From assembly GCA_964392365.1 (NCBI GenBank), contig CAYMPH010000010.1:2146-66145 (forward strand): a stretch of 64,000 nt of DNA. The letters are read 5' to 3'. The notes beneath the pieces were generated by a model that had not been told where the DNA came from, did no database searches, and was given only the letters and a program-made list of their open reading frames with translations. The translations under genes were made by a program, and so were the position numbers. The stretch comes from an uncultured Leptospirales bacterium (lineage in GTDB: Bacteria > Spirochaetota > UBA4802 > UBA5550). Below, piece by piece: positions 1 to 10,553 of this stretch (within the stretch, counting starts at the first letter, position 1; every line of letters starts with the position of its first letter).

Positions 1-189
1 TTCGAGAGCTTTAATTATCCAGTCTTCATCGAATCTATCTTTGAACGCAGAATAGTTTTTTTTTGGATTTGCTGATTGTTTTTCAGATGAAATTCCGGCA
101 AGTGTGGATTTATCGAATTCAGTGAAAAAATCTTTTGCCTGTAATCCGGCTGAACTTATTAGAATTAAGACAAATAAAAAAAATTTCAT
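1..189 (-). CDS. N-terminal part of a secreted hypothetical protein. The gene continues beyond the window start, with ATG at 187-189.
   Basis: Reverse-complement translation gives MKFFLFVLILISSAGLQA..., a signal-peptide-like N-terminus. The ORF track omits it because it is partial. Confidence 0.45.
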   Translation of the reverse strand, partial: MKFFLFVLILISSAGLQAKDFFTEFDKSTLAGISSEKQSANPKKNYSAFKDRFDEDWIIKALE

Positions 190-193
190 CAAA

Positions 194-799
194 TCATCCG
201 ACCGCAAATCCGATTAAATTTACAGCAATTAATATAAAAATAAAAAAGCCTGATATTGTAATCAGAATATACGGGAATAAAAAAGAAAATAATGATTTTG
301 AAAAACTTAAATTATAGAATTCCGATATTCCTGAAACAGATATATATGATGACCATACAATTAAGGCTAATGAAATCAGCAGAAAAAAATAAACTGGAGC
401 AAAATTAATTACCGAAAAAATATAAACCAGAGGAAGTAAAAATGTTATAGGGAACTGGGCAAAATTACATACTGTAATTATTTCTTTAATAGAAGATTTA
501 ATACCGGTGAATTCAAGGGATAATGATGAAAGTGAAGAATAAATTAATATTTGAAGAATTAACAGCATGGAAAGGAGCACCCAGCCGTATGAAACTTTAT
601 AGTAAAAAAAACCGGACTGGCTTGTCAGCATTGATGATGAAATCAGATATGATATTGCTGCAAGAACAGGCGGTATAAAGCTCAGGAGAAAAGAAGATGG
701 ATCATTTGACCTGATCAGTCTTGCAAGTGCGCGGGGATCGGTTATGATGTAAATGAAAAAATCCGCCCATTTCAGAGATTTAATTGTTTCAATAATCAT
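194..799 (-). CDS. polytopic membrane protein (Yip1-like), hypothetical
   Basis: 201 aa with 5-6 hydrophobic helices. Co-directional with and upstream of sppA. Confidence 0.5.
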   Translation of the reverse strand: MIIETIKSLKWADFFIYIITDPRALARLIRSNDPSSFLLSFIPPVLAAISYLISSSMLTSQSGFFYYKVSYGWVLLSMLLILQILIYSSLSSLSLEFTGIKSSIKEIITVCNFAQFPITFLLPLVYIFSVINFAPVYFFLLISLALIVWSSYISVSGISEFYNLSFSKSLFSFLFPYILITISGFFIFILIAVNLIGFAVG

Positions 800-803
800 A
801 ATA

Positions 804-1748
804 TTATTGCCTGTATTCTATATTTGTGCTGTCAGCGCGGTTGATAAATTCATTAAGAGTATTCAGCCCTTTAAACATTCCATCCATGCTCATCATAAAC
901 TGCTGAAAAGGAGATTTTATTCCTTCATATACCGGAGCATCTGGTGGAAGCTTTGCAAGTTCTTTTGCTTTATCTAGTGCTTCCTCATAAGTGCCGAGTG
1001 CATCAACGAATTTATATTTCAGGGCTGTTTCACCGGACATTATTCTTCCATCTGCGTACGGCTCAATATCAGTTATACTCATATTTCTGCCGAGAGAAAT
1101 GTCTTTTAAAAATTTTCTATAGGATGAATCAATCATTTCCTGCAGGAGAGCTGATTCAGCATCTGTGATGTCTCTTGTTGATGAAAAAATATCCTTATAT
1201 TTTCCGCTTTTAATTACATTCAGGGAAATTCCGAGTTTTTCCATGAGTTTTTTAACATTCGGCGACATTGCAATTACGCCAATAGAACCTGTTATTGTTC
1301 CATGATTTGCAAAAATATAGTTACAGGCTGAAGCTGTATAATATCCGCCGGATGCTGCTATTTCTCCCATTGAAGCAACTATTGGAATATTCTTTTTCCT
1401 GAGCTTCCATATTTTCTGGTAAATTTCCTGAGTTGCGGCTACAGTGCCGCCAGGTGAATTTATCCTGATTATCACGCCTTTTATATTGGAATCTTTTTCA
1501 ATATCATCTAGTTTCTTAATTACAGCTTCCGCACCGGAAGGAAAACCGAAAGTGCTGCTGCTTCTTGCAAAATCAATTGAACCCTCTATACGCACAAGTG
1601 CAATCCCCGGGCCGAATTGAAGGCTGCGAACTCCGCCGGATTTTTTTTCTTTTTCCGGAATTTTCATCCCTATATCAATTATTGCTATAACAGCAGAGAA
1701 AACAAGCATAGCAAGTATTGAGATCAGTATTTTTCTATTTCTGTCCAT
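804..1748 (-). CDS. sppA: signal peptide peptidase SppA (36 kDa type, ClpP/crotonase fold)
   Basis: N-terminal TM helix. The stretch SPGGTVAATQEIY...ASMGEIAASGGYY is a typical SppA serine-protease core. Confidence 0.8.
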   Translation of the reverse strand: MDRNRKILISILAMLVFSAVIAIIDIGMKIPEKEKKSGGVRSLQFGPGIALVRIEGSIDFARSSSTFGFPSGAEAVIKKLDDIEKDSNIKGVIIRINSPGGTVAATQEIYQKIWKLRKKNIPIVASMGEIAASGGYYTASACNYIFANHGTITGSIGVIAMSPNVKKLMEKLGISLNVIKSGKYKDIFSSTRDITDAESALLQEMIDSSYRKFLKDISLGRNMSITDIEPYADGRIMSGETALKYKFVDALGTYEEALDKAKELAKLPPDAPVYEGIKSPFQQFMMSMDGMFKGLNTLNEFINRADSTNIEYRQ

Positions 1749-1763
1749 TTTATTTTTCCCGTA

Positions 1764-2051
1764 TTAATAGTTTGCTTTCCCAACACATCTGCAGATATAA
1801 ACATTATCTTTTTCAGCTGTGCAGGATCCTTTTTTAGCCAGTGTTTTAAGGCTTTTATCAACACCCTGGCAGTTGCAGTAGCTGACAATGTACAATTCTT
1901 TTCTGCTGATATTTGCTTTTGCAGTCATTTGAGCTGTAAACTGCTCTTCTTCGCAGATATAAATTTCAGCAAACTGATAATTTGCACTGTGAAGTAAAAG
2001 AATCATTCCGGAAGAAAAAACAAAAAGTAATGAAATTATTATTTTTTTCAT
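1764..2051 (-). CDS. small secreted Cys-rich hypothetical protein
   Basis: Signal peptide MKKIIISLLFVFSSG and 7 Cys in 95 aa. Confidence 0.45.
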   Translation of the reverse strand: MKKIIISLLFVFSSGMILLLHSANYQFAEIYICEEEQFTAQMTAKANISRKELYIVSYCNCQGVDKSLKTLAKKGSCTAEKDNVYICRCVGKANY

Positions 2052-2083
2052 ACTGCTGCCTTTTTCCTTAGTTAAAATTTTGA

Positions 2084-2453
2084 GGGGAACTATAAGCCGA
2101 ATTCTGTTTAAACAGTCATCTATCTTGTCTTTATGTTGCCATAAAGATCTTTGCGACCTACCCTCAGCCTCGAGCGGGCAGCTCTCAAACGGCTGATGCT
2201 TGGCCTTGCACCGGATGGGGTTTACACTGCCGTTTTCATTACTGAAAACGCGGTGAGCTTTTACCTCGCCTTTTCACCTTTTCCACTTCACCCCCCAGCC
2301 CCCCTCTCAGGGGGGCTGGGGGGTGAAGTGGTAGTTTGTTTTCTGTTGCACTATCCGTCGCTTCACAGCGCCCGGGCGTTACCCGGCATCCTGCCCTCTG
2401 GTGTTCGGACTTTCCTCACTGCCTGTTACAGCATGCGCGACTGTCCGTTCCCC
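2084..2453 (-). ncRNA. rnpB: RNase P RNA, bacterial type A
   Basis: The minus strand reads GAGGAAAGUCCGAACACCAGAGGGCAGGAUGCCGGGUAACGCCCGGGCG (P4/CR-I-III), AGUGCAACAGAAAACAAAC, GUAAACCCCAUCCGGUGCAAGGCCAAG and a 3' ACAGAAUUCGGCUUAUAGUUCCCC (CR-V). The 5' GGGGAAC pairs with the 3' GUUCCCC to form P1. The region is a GC-rich island of ~370 nt. Confidence 0.9.
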
Positions 2454-2589
2454 TCATATGTAAACATACAAATCTATACAAATCAAGTCAAGATACTTTA
2501 TTTTAATAAAAGAGAATTTTAAATCTATTTTATTAAACCAAAATTTTATTGACACCCTAAATAACGATATAAAATATGTATTATATTCC

Positions 2590-2664
2590 GGTGAATGTAG
2601 TTCAATGGTAGAGCCCTGGATTGTGATTCCAGTCGTTGCGGGTTCGAGCCCCGTCATTCACCCA
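2590..2664 (+). tRNA. tRNA-His (anticodon GTG) with an encoded G-1
   Basis: Cloverleaf with an extra 5' G and acceptor GTGAATG/CATTCAC. The anticodon loop is TTGTGAT and the T-loop is TTCGAGC. Confidence 0.9.
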
Positions 2665-2680
2665 TTTAATGTATAATAAA

Positions 2681-2708
2681 AAAACCTTCCATCAGCGAAG
2701 GTTTTTTT
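2681..2708 (+). terminator. rho-independent terminator after tRNA-His
   Basis: aaaccttc-catcagc-gaaggttt hairpin followed by a T-run. Confidence 0.6.
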
Positions 2709-2796
2709 ATTCCTTTATTTCCCTTGACATTTATTCAATAAATGAACCTTATATTTAAATAATATAGATTAAATTTTATTTAAAAGGAGATTTTAA

Positions 2797-3042
2797 ATGA
2801 AAAAGTTTATTTTCGGATTAACCGCATTATTATTTTCTGTGTCTATAATGACAGGATTTGCTGCCGGTGGAAGTACCGGATATGAGGGAAGCGATAAAGA
2901 AGCTGACAGAAAAGCTGCCATTGCAGAAAAAAAAGCTCATAAAAAAGAAAAAAAAGCTGAGATTAAAAAGAAGAAAGCTGAAGAAGCTAAAAAGAAACAT
3001 TTGAAAAAAGAAAAAACTGAAAATAAATCTGATGGACAATAA
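2797..3042 (+). CDS. small secreted lysine-rich protein (KKEKK/AEEAKKK repeats), hypothetical
   Basis: An AGGAG RBS lies 8 nt upstream. It has a signal peptide and a low-complexity Lys/Ala/Glu tail. Confidence 0.5.
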   Translation: MKKFIFGLTALLFSVSIMTGFAAGGSTGYEGSDKEADRKAAIAEKKAHKKEKKAEIKKKKAEEAKKKHLKKEKTENKSDGQ

Positions 3043-3061
3043 AATTTAATAATTATTTTCA

Positions 3062-3106
3062 ACTGGTATCTGAAGTTTTTTTTAAAATGAAGATACCAGT
3101 TTTATT
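3062..3106. terminator. bidirectional hairpin between convergent genes
   Basis: actggtatc ... gataccagt stem followed by TTTTATT. Confidence 0.5.
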
Positions 3107-3116
3107 GATAAACTTT

Positions 3117-4097
3117 TTACCGGCTTTTAATTGTAATTACAGGCGCATCTTCCCCTTCAATACTTTTTAAAATACTGAGAGGATCATCTTTTATTATAAA
3201 AAATCTCATCCCGTAAATATACGGCCTTTTTTCTTTTATTCTTTTTGCATTTTTTGAAAGCTGATCATTCATGTAATCTGTAAAAAGCTCCTTTTTCACT
3301 TCCGGTATTCTTGAATGAATTATATATACTTTATCATTTTCAACCAAAGCAAAACCTATATGTCCAACCCATTTTTTTTCTGACTGATTTGTTCTAATTA
3401 AATTAAATAAATAGATATTATTTTTACCTGTGTTTTTATCAAATAATATAAGTTTTGTTAAAATTTCAGAAAATTTACTTTGATGAAAATATGATATTTT
3501 AACTTTTTCATCAGGTACATTTCCATTTCTGCTGTTCATTGAATAAAATAAATTTCTTTCGACGGTTTGTTCGTAAAGCTCCAGATTTTCTTTTGAAAGT
3601 CTGCTATTGATATCTTCAATAATCCATGAATTATTTTTTTCCCAGTCTGCTTCGAAAAAATGATTTCTTGATTCCCATCCTATCAGTCCGTTTTTATATC
3701 GTATCCGCTGTAGTGTTACAAAATAAGATCTCCATGTATCTGACATGGATAAGGCTATTGAATTTTCAACGAAAGTTACACAGTCGCTTTCATCAAGATT
3801 GTACATCGTTTTTTCAGATGGGATTTCAATAGGAAATTCCCCTGTAGTTCCATCAACGTGAGGCTGCCCGATCTGTTTTTCCGCTATTATCTTCAATCTT
3901 TTTGAAAATATTTTTTCATTTTTAAATTGCCATGATAAATACTTGTTTATTTCTTCCGGTTCGAGATCGAATATCTGCTTTTCGAGTATATTCTCCGGAA
4001 AAATATCATTATTGTCTGAGTATTGTTTTTTTTCAGTTTTCGAACAGGAAAAAATAAATAACTGAAGAAACATGATAATAATTAAAATTTTTTTCAT
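3117..4097 (-). CDS. lipoprotein, hypothetical
   Basis: Lipobox FIFSCSK after a hydrophobic N-terminus. 326 aa. Confidence 0.55.
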   Translation of the reverse strand: MKKILIIIMFLQLFIFSCSKTEKKQYSDNNDIFPENILEKQIFDLEPEEINKYLSWQFKNEKIFSKRLKIIAEKQIGQPHVDGTTGEFPIEIPSEKTMYNLDESDCVTFVENSIALSMSDTWRSYFVTLQRIRYKNGLIGWESRNHFFEADWEKNNSWIIEDINSRLSKENLELYEQTVERNLFYSMNSRNGNVPDEKVKISYFHQSKFSEILTKLILFDKNTGKNNIYLFNLIRTNQSEKKWVGHIGFALVENDKVYIIHSRIPEVKKELFTDYMNDQLSKNAKRIKEKRPYIYGMRFFIIKDDPLSILKSIEGEDAPVITIKSR

Positions 4098-4117
4098 TGA
4101 AGATTGCCCGTAGTATT

Positions 4118-4687
4118 TTATTTTATTGCTGAAGTTCGGCCCAGTTCAAATGCCTGTTTTTTAATATCTTCATTTCCTGAAATTTCTGCTTTTTCTGATG
4201 CTGATGCCATAACAGCGCCAAGCCAGGTCATCTTTGTCATGTCTACAGTTGATTTAAAGCTGTGAACTATCGGATCAGCAGTTTTTACGTTAGTATCCCC
4301 GCATACTGTAATAAGGCCGATTCGCTTTCCTTTCATTTTCGGATAATAAGCTTTCTGCCATCTCCAGTCTGCATCAAATAAAGCGCACCATCTGTCCAGA
4401 TAGGCTTTCATCTGTGAAGTCATTGACCAGAAATATACAGGCACGCTGTGAATAATGACATCCGCATCAAGTATCTTTCCATGTATTTCCTGCATATCAT
4501 CTTTGATTGCGCAGATGCCGGTCTCATTGCATTTTTTGCAATCTTTGCATCCGGATATTTTTTTTCTGTCCAGTATGATTTTTTCAACTTCCGCACCTGC
4601 TGATACGGCACCTGATAATGCCTGATCCAGCAGTATATCACTATTACTGCCTACCCGCGGACTTCCCATTATTCCAAGAATTTTCAT
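4118..4687 (-). CDS. flavodoxin-like NADPH-dependent FMN reductase / iron-sulfur flavoprotein (Isf-like)
   Basis: N-terminal MKILGIMGSPRVGSNS flavodoxin-like P-loop and a CKDCKKCNETGIC cysteine cluster. Confidence 0.6.
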   Translation of the reverse strand: MKILGIMGSPRVGSNSDILLDQALSGAVSAGAEVEKIILDRKKISGCKDCKKCNETGICAIKDDMQEIHGKILDADVIIHSVPVYFWSMTSQMKAYLDRWCALFDADWRWQKAYYPKMKGKRIGLITVCGDTNVKTADPIVHSFKSTVDMTKMTWLGAVMASASEKAEISGNEDIKKQAFELGRTSAIK

Positions 4688-4892
4688 TTTATTCCTCCGA
4701 GTAATTTAATTTATATCGATTAAAGTTTTGATTAAACCCTTTTTTGTCTTTCCGGTTTTGCAGCTTCAATTCGTGCAAATATCTGAATCTCATATATTAT
4801 ATATTCTCTATGAGATTCCGGCATTCCCCTATCGCTCCAGCCGGAATGACAAAGAACTAATTCAATCGTTAACTGCTATACTAAAAAATTTT

Positions 4893-5501
4893 TTAGGCTT
4901 CAGAATCAATGTCATATATGTAAATGTCGCTGATATCTTTAAAATCATTGTTTTTATATCTGATATTAATCTTTACTGCTTCTTCTTTTGCTTTCATGTA
5001 CACAGCTGAAACTTTATCCTTTAGCATTTTTCCGTATTTTATATAATATCTCGATAGAAAAAAATATATAAGAGCACCCTCGAGATTTGAGATATAATTT
5101 GTGTCCCAGTTTTCTTTAATAATTCCCGGATTTCCTATAACCAGAGAAAATGGAGGAACAACTGTACGCGGTTTCACATTAGCGCCTGCAGCCACAATAC
5201 TCCCCCTGCCTATTACACAATCATTCTGAACTGTTGAATTCATGCCGATTACAGAGCAGTCTTCAACTGTGCTTCCATGGATTACTGCTCCGTGTCCTAC
5301 TGTAATAAAATTTCCGAGTATTGCAGGATGCCCCTTATCGCCGTGAATTACGCAATTATCCTGAATGCTTGAATAACATCCGATTGATATGCTGGTAAGG
5401 TCTGCCCTGATTACCGCACCGGGCCAGATTGATGAGTTTCCGCCTATTGTTACCTCTCCAATGACTGCAGCTCTGGGATCAATATAAATTGTTGAATCCA
5501 T
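4893..5501 (-). CDS. gamma-carbonic-anhydrase-like hexapeptide-repeat (LbH) protein
   Basis: Repeated [LIV]G-x4 hexapeptides: IGEVTIGGNSSIWPGAVIRAD...VIHGD...ILGNFITVGHGAVIHG. Confidence 0.65.
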   Translation of the reverse strand: MDSTIYIDPRAAVIGEVTIGGNSSIWPGAVIRADLTSISIGCYSSIQDNCVIHGDKGHPAILGNFITVGHGAVIHGSTVEDCSVIGMNSTVQNDCVIGRGSIVAAGANVKPRTVVPPFSLVIGNPGIIKENWDTNYISNLEGALIYFFLSRYYIKYGKMLKDKVSAVYMKAKEEAVKINIRYKNNDFKDISDIYIYDIDSEA

Positions 5502-5505
5502 ATTA

Positions 5506-6411
5506 TTAAGCTTTTTCCAGAGCTTTTATTATATCGAATATTATTTCATTGCATGGAGTTGGGACTGAATTCTGTCTGCCATAATCAATTATTTTACCAT
5601 TAATATAATCAATTTCAGTATTTCTGTTGTTTTTAATATCCTGATACATGGAGCATAGATTTGATGAAGTTTTTCTGCATACTTCCATTGTCAGGCTGAT
5701 CATTTCTTTTTCGTTTAATTTAATTTTTATTGAATTTGCAACATTAACCGCTTCGTGAATAATTTTATTTTGAATATCAAGTGAATATTTATTATTCAAT
5801 ATCTCACCGTTCGGTATTGAGAGAATTGATGCAACCGGATTTATGCCCGCATTTATTATTGCTTTAATCCATACTGCTTTATCCGGTTTATCTGTATAAT
5901 TTACTGAGAATCCTGCGTTTTTAAGAATTTCTATAACCTGCATAACATTATTTTTTTGTTTCCCGCCAATTGATATTTCGCCGTCACCGCCGAATTTTAA
6001 AGAATTTAAATCAGATTTTGATGCACCATATGAAGTTGTCCCATATACAATACTGTCTTCATTGAAATATTTCAATAGTAGTTCTTTATTTCCGATACCG
6101 TTTTGAAGTGAAACAATAATACAGTCTTTATCCAGATAATTTATTATTGATTTTACAGCTTCTTCTGTTGAATAGCTTTTTATAAAAAGAAAAATTATTC
6201 TGCAGCCTGCAAGCACAGCCGGATTAGTATCTATATTAATATTATCATTTTTAATCATTTCACAATCGTTTATTACTTTAATTCCGGAATTTTTTATGGA
6301 AGAAACTATATCCGGGAATTTTTCATAAATGACAAAGTCAATTCCGCTTTTTTTTAAAAAAGAAGCTGTCAGAAGCCCCATTGCTCCTGCGCCGATAATT
6401 GCCGGTTTCAT
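5506..6411 (-). CDS. panE: 2-dehydropantoate 2-reductase
   Basis: N-terminal [12 protein letters not shown] Rossmann motif and an ApbA/KPR-like length and C-terminal domain. Confidence 0.65.
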   Translation of the reverse strand: MKPAIIGAGAMGLLTASFLKKSGIDFVIYEKFPDIVSSIKNSGIKVINDCEMIKNDNINIDTNPAVLAGCRIIFLFIKSYSTEEAVKSIINYLDKDCIIVSLQNGIGNKELLLKYFNEDSIVYGTTSYGASKSDLNSLKFGGDGEISIGGKQKNNVMQVIEILKNAGFSVNYTDKPDKAVWIKAIINAGINPVASILSIPNGEILNNKYSLDIQNKIIHEAVNVANSIKIKLNEKEMISLTMEVCRKTSSNLCSMYQDIKNNRNTEIDYINGKIIDYGRQNSVPTPCNEIIFDIIKALEKA

Positions 6412-6630
6412 GTATTTATCCTGGTAAAAATATTAATAAAGAGCTGCAATGATTTATTTTCTGTTTCAATATAATCTTTGTCAATAATTATAGTTTATTA
6501 ATCTTCTGATATCAGTCTACCTTTACCTGAAATAACAGATAAACCTTTAAAAAAAATATTGATTTTTTACTCTAACCAGATAAAAATAAAAAAATATTAA
6601 TTCAATAAAATATAATCTGATTTTTTAAAA

Positions 6631-7290
6631 ATGACTGCAATAATAAAAAATAATGAATATCTTCCTTTGAAAAGAATACAGACTGATTTTTATTTGAATC
6701 GTCTTAAAGAATTTGGAATTAATTCTTCCTGGTCGGTAGGATGGTCAGATTATCTTCAACCTGTTCTTTTTGAAAAATTAATTGGAATTTTGCCGGGTAT
6801 ACCTGAGAGTAATCCGGTATCTCTGCTCGATGTAGGATGCGGACTTGGGGATCTTATTTTCTACCTGAAACAGCATGGCTACAGCAGTATCCGGTATAAC
6901 GGAATTGATATTATACCTGAAATGATTTATTACGGCAAAATAAAATATCCCAGAGCTGATCTGAAAATTGCGGATTTTTCAGATCAGACTTTTATCAATG
7001 AATATGATTATATTGTATGCTCAGGTGCATTAAATATTCTCGCTGCTAAAGACCGGTCCGGTCATGAAAAATATGTTATGGATTTTATAAAAAAAATGTT
7101 TGCACTTTCAAAAAAAGGCTGTTCATTCAATCTTCTTGCAATTGAAGGCAGACAATATTTTACGGATGATAACAGATTTTACTATGCAGAAAGGAACAAG
7201 TTCATTGAATTCTGTTCCACTATTACCTCAAAAACGTATATCGATTTCAAAGATAATGATTTTATTTTTACAATATTTATGTATAAATAA
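6631..7290 (+). CDS. class I SAM-dependent methyltransferase
   Basis: LLDVGCGLGDL motif I. Confidence 0.6.
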   Translation: MTAIIKNNEYLPLKRIQTDFYLNRLKEFGINSSWSVGWSDYLQPVLFEKLIGILPGIPESNPVSLLDVGCGLGDLIFYLKQHGYSSIRYNGIDIIPEMIYYGKIKYPRADLKIADFSDQTFINEYDYIVCSGALNILAAKDRSGHEKYVMDFIKKMFALSKKGCSFNLLAIEGRQYFTDDNRFYYAERNKFIEFCSTITSKTYIDFKDNDFIFTIFMYK

Positions 7291-7481
7291 AATAATTCAA
7301 TTTTTTATAATCTTTATCTAATCTGATTTTCATTTGTTTTTAAAAGCTGCATTATTGAAAAATACTCTTGAATTCGCTTGTTATATAATTCAATTTGTCT
7401 TTTCTCTAAAAGATTTTCTGATTAATTTATAATAAAAATCGTCAAATCAAATAATAAGAAAATGGAGAACGGATATTTTTC

Positions 7482-8732
7482 ATGATATCAGTTAAAAAAG
7501 ATAAATATTTCACGGTAAACGCTTTCGGGATTTCAGCTGTAGAAGTTCTTTGGGGACTCGGATTACCTGTAATAATCGAATCAACTTTTCTTCAGCTGTT
7601 TTTAAAAAGCCTTGGTGCATCAAATCAAACCATTGGATTAATACCGGCGATCATGGGAACAGGGATTGCCATATTTTCACTAATGTCAGCATATCTGACT
7701 TCTCACCTTGTGCATAAACGGCGGGCAGTAATTTTATCGCATATTCTGACCAGCATCCCGATTTTTACTTTCGGCGTAATTTTATTTATTACAGGACAGA
7801 CTCCATATACGATTACTTTATTTTTATTATTTTATGTTCTCGGCTCTCTCGGTCTTGGTCTTACAATTCCGATCTGGCAGAATTTTATTGTGAAAATATT
7901 CAGCGAAAGCAGAACAATACCTGCTATTTCCATCATGATGCTTAGCCAGACTGCAGCTAAACTTGCCGGCAGTTTTTTAATACTACGTTATGTTGAGCAA
8001 TTTTCATTTTCTCCCAGAAGCGCAAGTATTGTTTTTATTATTCTTGGTATATTGTTTTTTACAGGATCATTCTTTTTTCTTTTTGTAAAAGAAGTCCAGT
8101 CAGATGAAGATCTGATTGAAAAAGATGCTCACAGCATTATGACACTTTTGCAGGCAGTTATAGACATTATACATAATAAAAAATTCATGCTATATCTTCT
8201 GGCCACAGTCGAAGCTTTTACCTGTATAACAATAATTTCATTTTATGCGAATTATGCTGTTGAATACCATTCAATATCCAGATCGCTTGCTGCAGGAATG
8301 TTTGTTGGATTTATCTATGCAGCAGGAATAATAATGAATATACTATTCGGATGGTTTAATTTTTTAAGTTTGAAAAATAAATTAATTATCTCAAGAATAT
8401 CTGCATTATGTGCTATAGCGGTTCTTCTAACCGCAAATTCCATTACAGGATTTCTTGCAACCAGTTTCCTTCTTGGCAGCTCACGTTCTTTAAGCAGTCT
8501 TTGTTTTTCTCCGGCAGTAAAAAAGCTTTCATGCTCTAATGACGCCACAGACTATTTTGCAGTTTCACAGGCTATAACACTTCCATTTAGTTTCGGAATA
8601 CCTTTTGCAAGCGGCTATTTTCTTGACAGCTTTTCAAATCTTGGAATTCATTCATATACCATATTATTCTCTATCTGCGGATTACTTGTATTAATAAGCC
8701 TGGCTTGTATTGTTTTAATTGATTTTAGTTAA
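7482..8732 (+). CDS. MFS transporter
   Basis: 416 aa with ~12 predicted TM helices. Confidence 0.6.
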   Translation: MISVKKDKYFTVNAFGISAVEVLWGLGLPVIIESTFLQLFLKSLGASNQTIGLIPAIMGTGIAIFSLMSAYLTSHLVHKRRAVILSHILTSIPIFTFGVILFITGQTPYTITLFLLFYVLGSLGLGLTIPIWQNFIVKIFSESRTIPAISIMMLSQTAAKLAGSFLILRYVEQFSFSPRSASIVFIILGILFFTGSFFFLFVKEVQSDEDLIEKDAHSIMTLLQAVIDIIHNKKFMLYLLATVEAFTCITIISFYANYAVEYHSISRSLAAGMFVGFIYAAGIIMNILFGWFNFLSLKNKLIISRISALCAIAVLLTANSITGFLATSFLLGSSRSLSSLCFSPAVKKLSCSNDATDYFAVSQAITLPFSFGIPFASGYFLDSFSNLGIHSYTILFSICGLLVLISLACIVLIDFS

Positions 8733-8762
8733 ATTTTCATTTTAAAATATAAAAAAATAAAT

Positions 8763-9455
8763 TTGCTGTTATTAACAAACAGGTTTATCATGAGAATAGT
8801 TACATTAAGTTTTGATGACGGGTTTTATTTATCATCTCTAAAGACTGCAGAAATATACGAGAAATTCGGTTTAAAAGCAGAGTTTAATGTAGTAGTAAAA
8901 TCCAGTATTGAATCTAAATTCAAATCAGAGAGTATGTTTGGAGGTTTCAGTTTATGGAATGAATTGAATTCCAGAGGTCATTATATTCAGCCTCACGGAT
9001 TTGATCATTCAGATAAAGGAAACATTCCCTTTGAAGACGCAAAACAAAAAATTAATAAATGCCTGGATTGTTTTAAGGAAAATTTAAATGGTTTTAATCC
9101 GGAAAAAACGATATTCAATTTTCCTTTTAATTCTTCAAATTGTGAGATTGAAGATTGGCTTAAAACCCGAGTCCTGGGATTCAGAACCAAAGGTTCTGTT
9201 TTTAATGATTTCCCGATAGCCGGTATATTCAGATTTACAACCGATACTGCTGAAGATGCTGAAAACGCATTGAATGTTGAAATTGAAAAACTATTAAATG
9301 TAGATGATAGATGGCTTTTATATACACTTCACGGACTTGACGGACAGGGATGGGGTCCGGTAAAGAGCAGCTACCTTGAAAATCTTCTGGATAGGCTGCT
9401 CTCCATGGATGTACAAATTCTTACAGTGAAGCAGGTTATAGAATTATATGCTTAA
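8763..9455 (+). CDS. polysaccharide deacetylase (NodB-like) family protein. The true start is probably the Met at 8792.
   Basis: MRIVTLSFDDGF..HGFDH motifs. Confidence 0.55.
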   Translation: MLLLTNRFIMRIVTLSFDDGFYLSSLKTAEIYEKFGLKAEFNVVVKSSIESKFKSESMFGGFSLWNELNSRGHYIQPHGFDHSDKGNIPFEDAKQKINKCLDCFKENLNGFNPEKTIFNFPFNSSNCEIEDWLKTRVLGFRTKGSVFNDFPIAGIFRFTTDTAEDAENALNVEIEKLLNVDDRWLLYTLHGLDGQGWGPVKSSYLENLLDRLLSMDVQILTVKQVIELYA

Positions 9456-9467
9456 TTGTTTTTTAAA

Positions 9468-10325
9468 TTACTTCACTTTATCATAATTATAAAATCCTTT
9501 ACCTGTTTTTCTGCCGAGCAGACCGGCCATTACACGTTTTTTAAGTAAAGGATGCGGTTTGTATCCCGGGCCTAAATCACGCTCCATGGTTTCCATGCCA
9601 TGCATTGCAATTTCAGTTCCTACCAGATCAAGCAATTTGCAGGGCCCCATAGGATGTCCGGCGCACAGTACCATGGCCTTATCTATGTCTTCAGGTTTAT
9701 TTCCTTCCTGAACTAATTTTACTGCTTCATTGATTAGAACATCCAATAGACGGCTTACGATAAAACCGGCATAGTCAACTGCAATTATGGGTTCTTTTCC
9801 AAGTCTTTTTATGAAATCCAGAACTGCATCACGCGTTTCATCTGATGTGAGCTGTCCTGGAATTATTTCAACTCCTTTCATTTGAGGTACTGGATTCATG
9901 AAATGTATTCCAATGATCTTATGACCGCGTTTGGTAACACTGGCTATTTCTGTTATCGGCATAGCTGATGTGTTTGTGCTGATGATTGCATCCGGTTTGC
10001 ACAATCTGTCGAATTCGCGAAACAATTTATGTTTTAATTCAAGATTTTCAAAAACAGCTTCAATAAGAAGATCAGCATTTGTGCAGGCATAATCAAAATC
10101 AATTGAAAATTCAATCATGGATAAGGATCGAGTCATTTCTTCTGAAGCCAGTAACTTTTTTTCAATCATTTTATTCAGATTTTTTAATATCCCCGATTTT
10201 GAGCGGTCTATAGCATCAGGAGATATATCATTCAGTATAACTTTATAACCTGCTATAGCTGCAACCTGGGCTATACCGCTTCCCATTGCTCCGGCACCAA
10301 TTATGGATATTGTTTTTATTTCCAT
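9468..10325 (-). CDS. hbd: 3-hydroxybutyryl-CoA / 3-hydroxyacyl-CoA dehydrogenase
   Basis: [24 protein letters not shown]-binding site and a conserved C-terminal domain. Confidence 0.8.
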   Translation of the reverse strand: MEIKTISIIGAGAMGSGIAQVAAIAGYKVILNDISPDAIDRSKSGILKNLNKMIEKKLLASEEMTRSLSMIEFSIDFDYACTNADLLIEAVFENLELKHKLFREFDRLCKPDAIISTNTSAMPITEIASVTKRGHKIIGIHFMNPVPQMKGVEIIPGQLTSDETRDAVLDFIKRLGKEPIIAVDYAGFIVSRLLDVLINEAVKLVQEGNKPEDIDKAMVLCAGHPMGPCKLLDLVGTEIAMHGMETMERDLGPGYKPHPLLKKRVMAGLLGRKTGKGFYNYDKVK

Positions 10326-10553
10326 TTAATTTCTCCTACGCTTATGATTAGAATATTTTCTAAATATTTCAAAAGCTCAATTTATTATTGAACCATAGTC
10401 TGTATTTACTTATTTAATTTATTAACATTTGCTGTTATCAGACAGCATGTCAATAATTATACTTGATTTATAAAATTATATCTATTACTATATAATTAAA
10501 GAAAGATTCAGCCTGATGTTTTCAAAATTTAAAATAAAAAAAGGATAAAAATT

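Noticed and set aside
2151-2522. 123-aa + strand ORF
   Set aside because: It lies entirely within the GC-rich RNase P RNA on the opposite strand, and the translation is low-complexity (PLSGGLGGEVV).
2454-2657. 67-aa minus-strand ORF
   Set aside because: It overlaps tRNA-His and the rnpB 5' end, and has no RBS.
2830-3039. antisense 69-aa ORF (FSFFFFQMFLFSFF…)
   Set aside because: It is a mirror of the Lys-codon-rich sense gene, i.e. a poly-A/T artefact.
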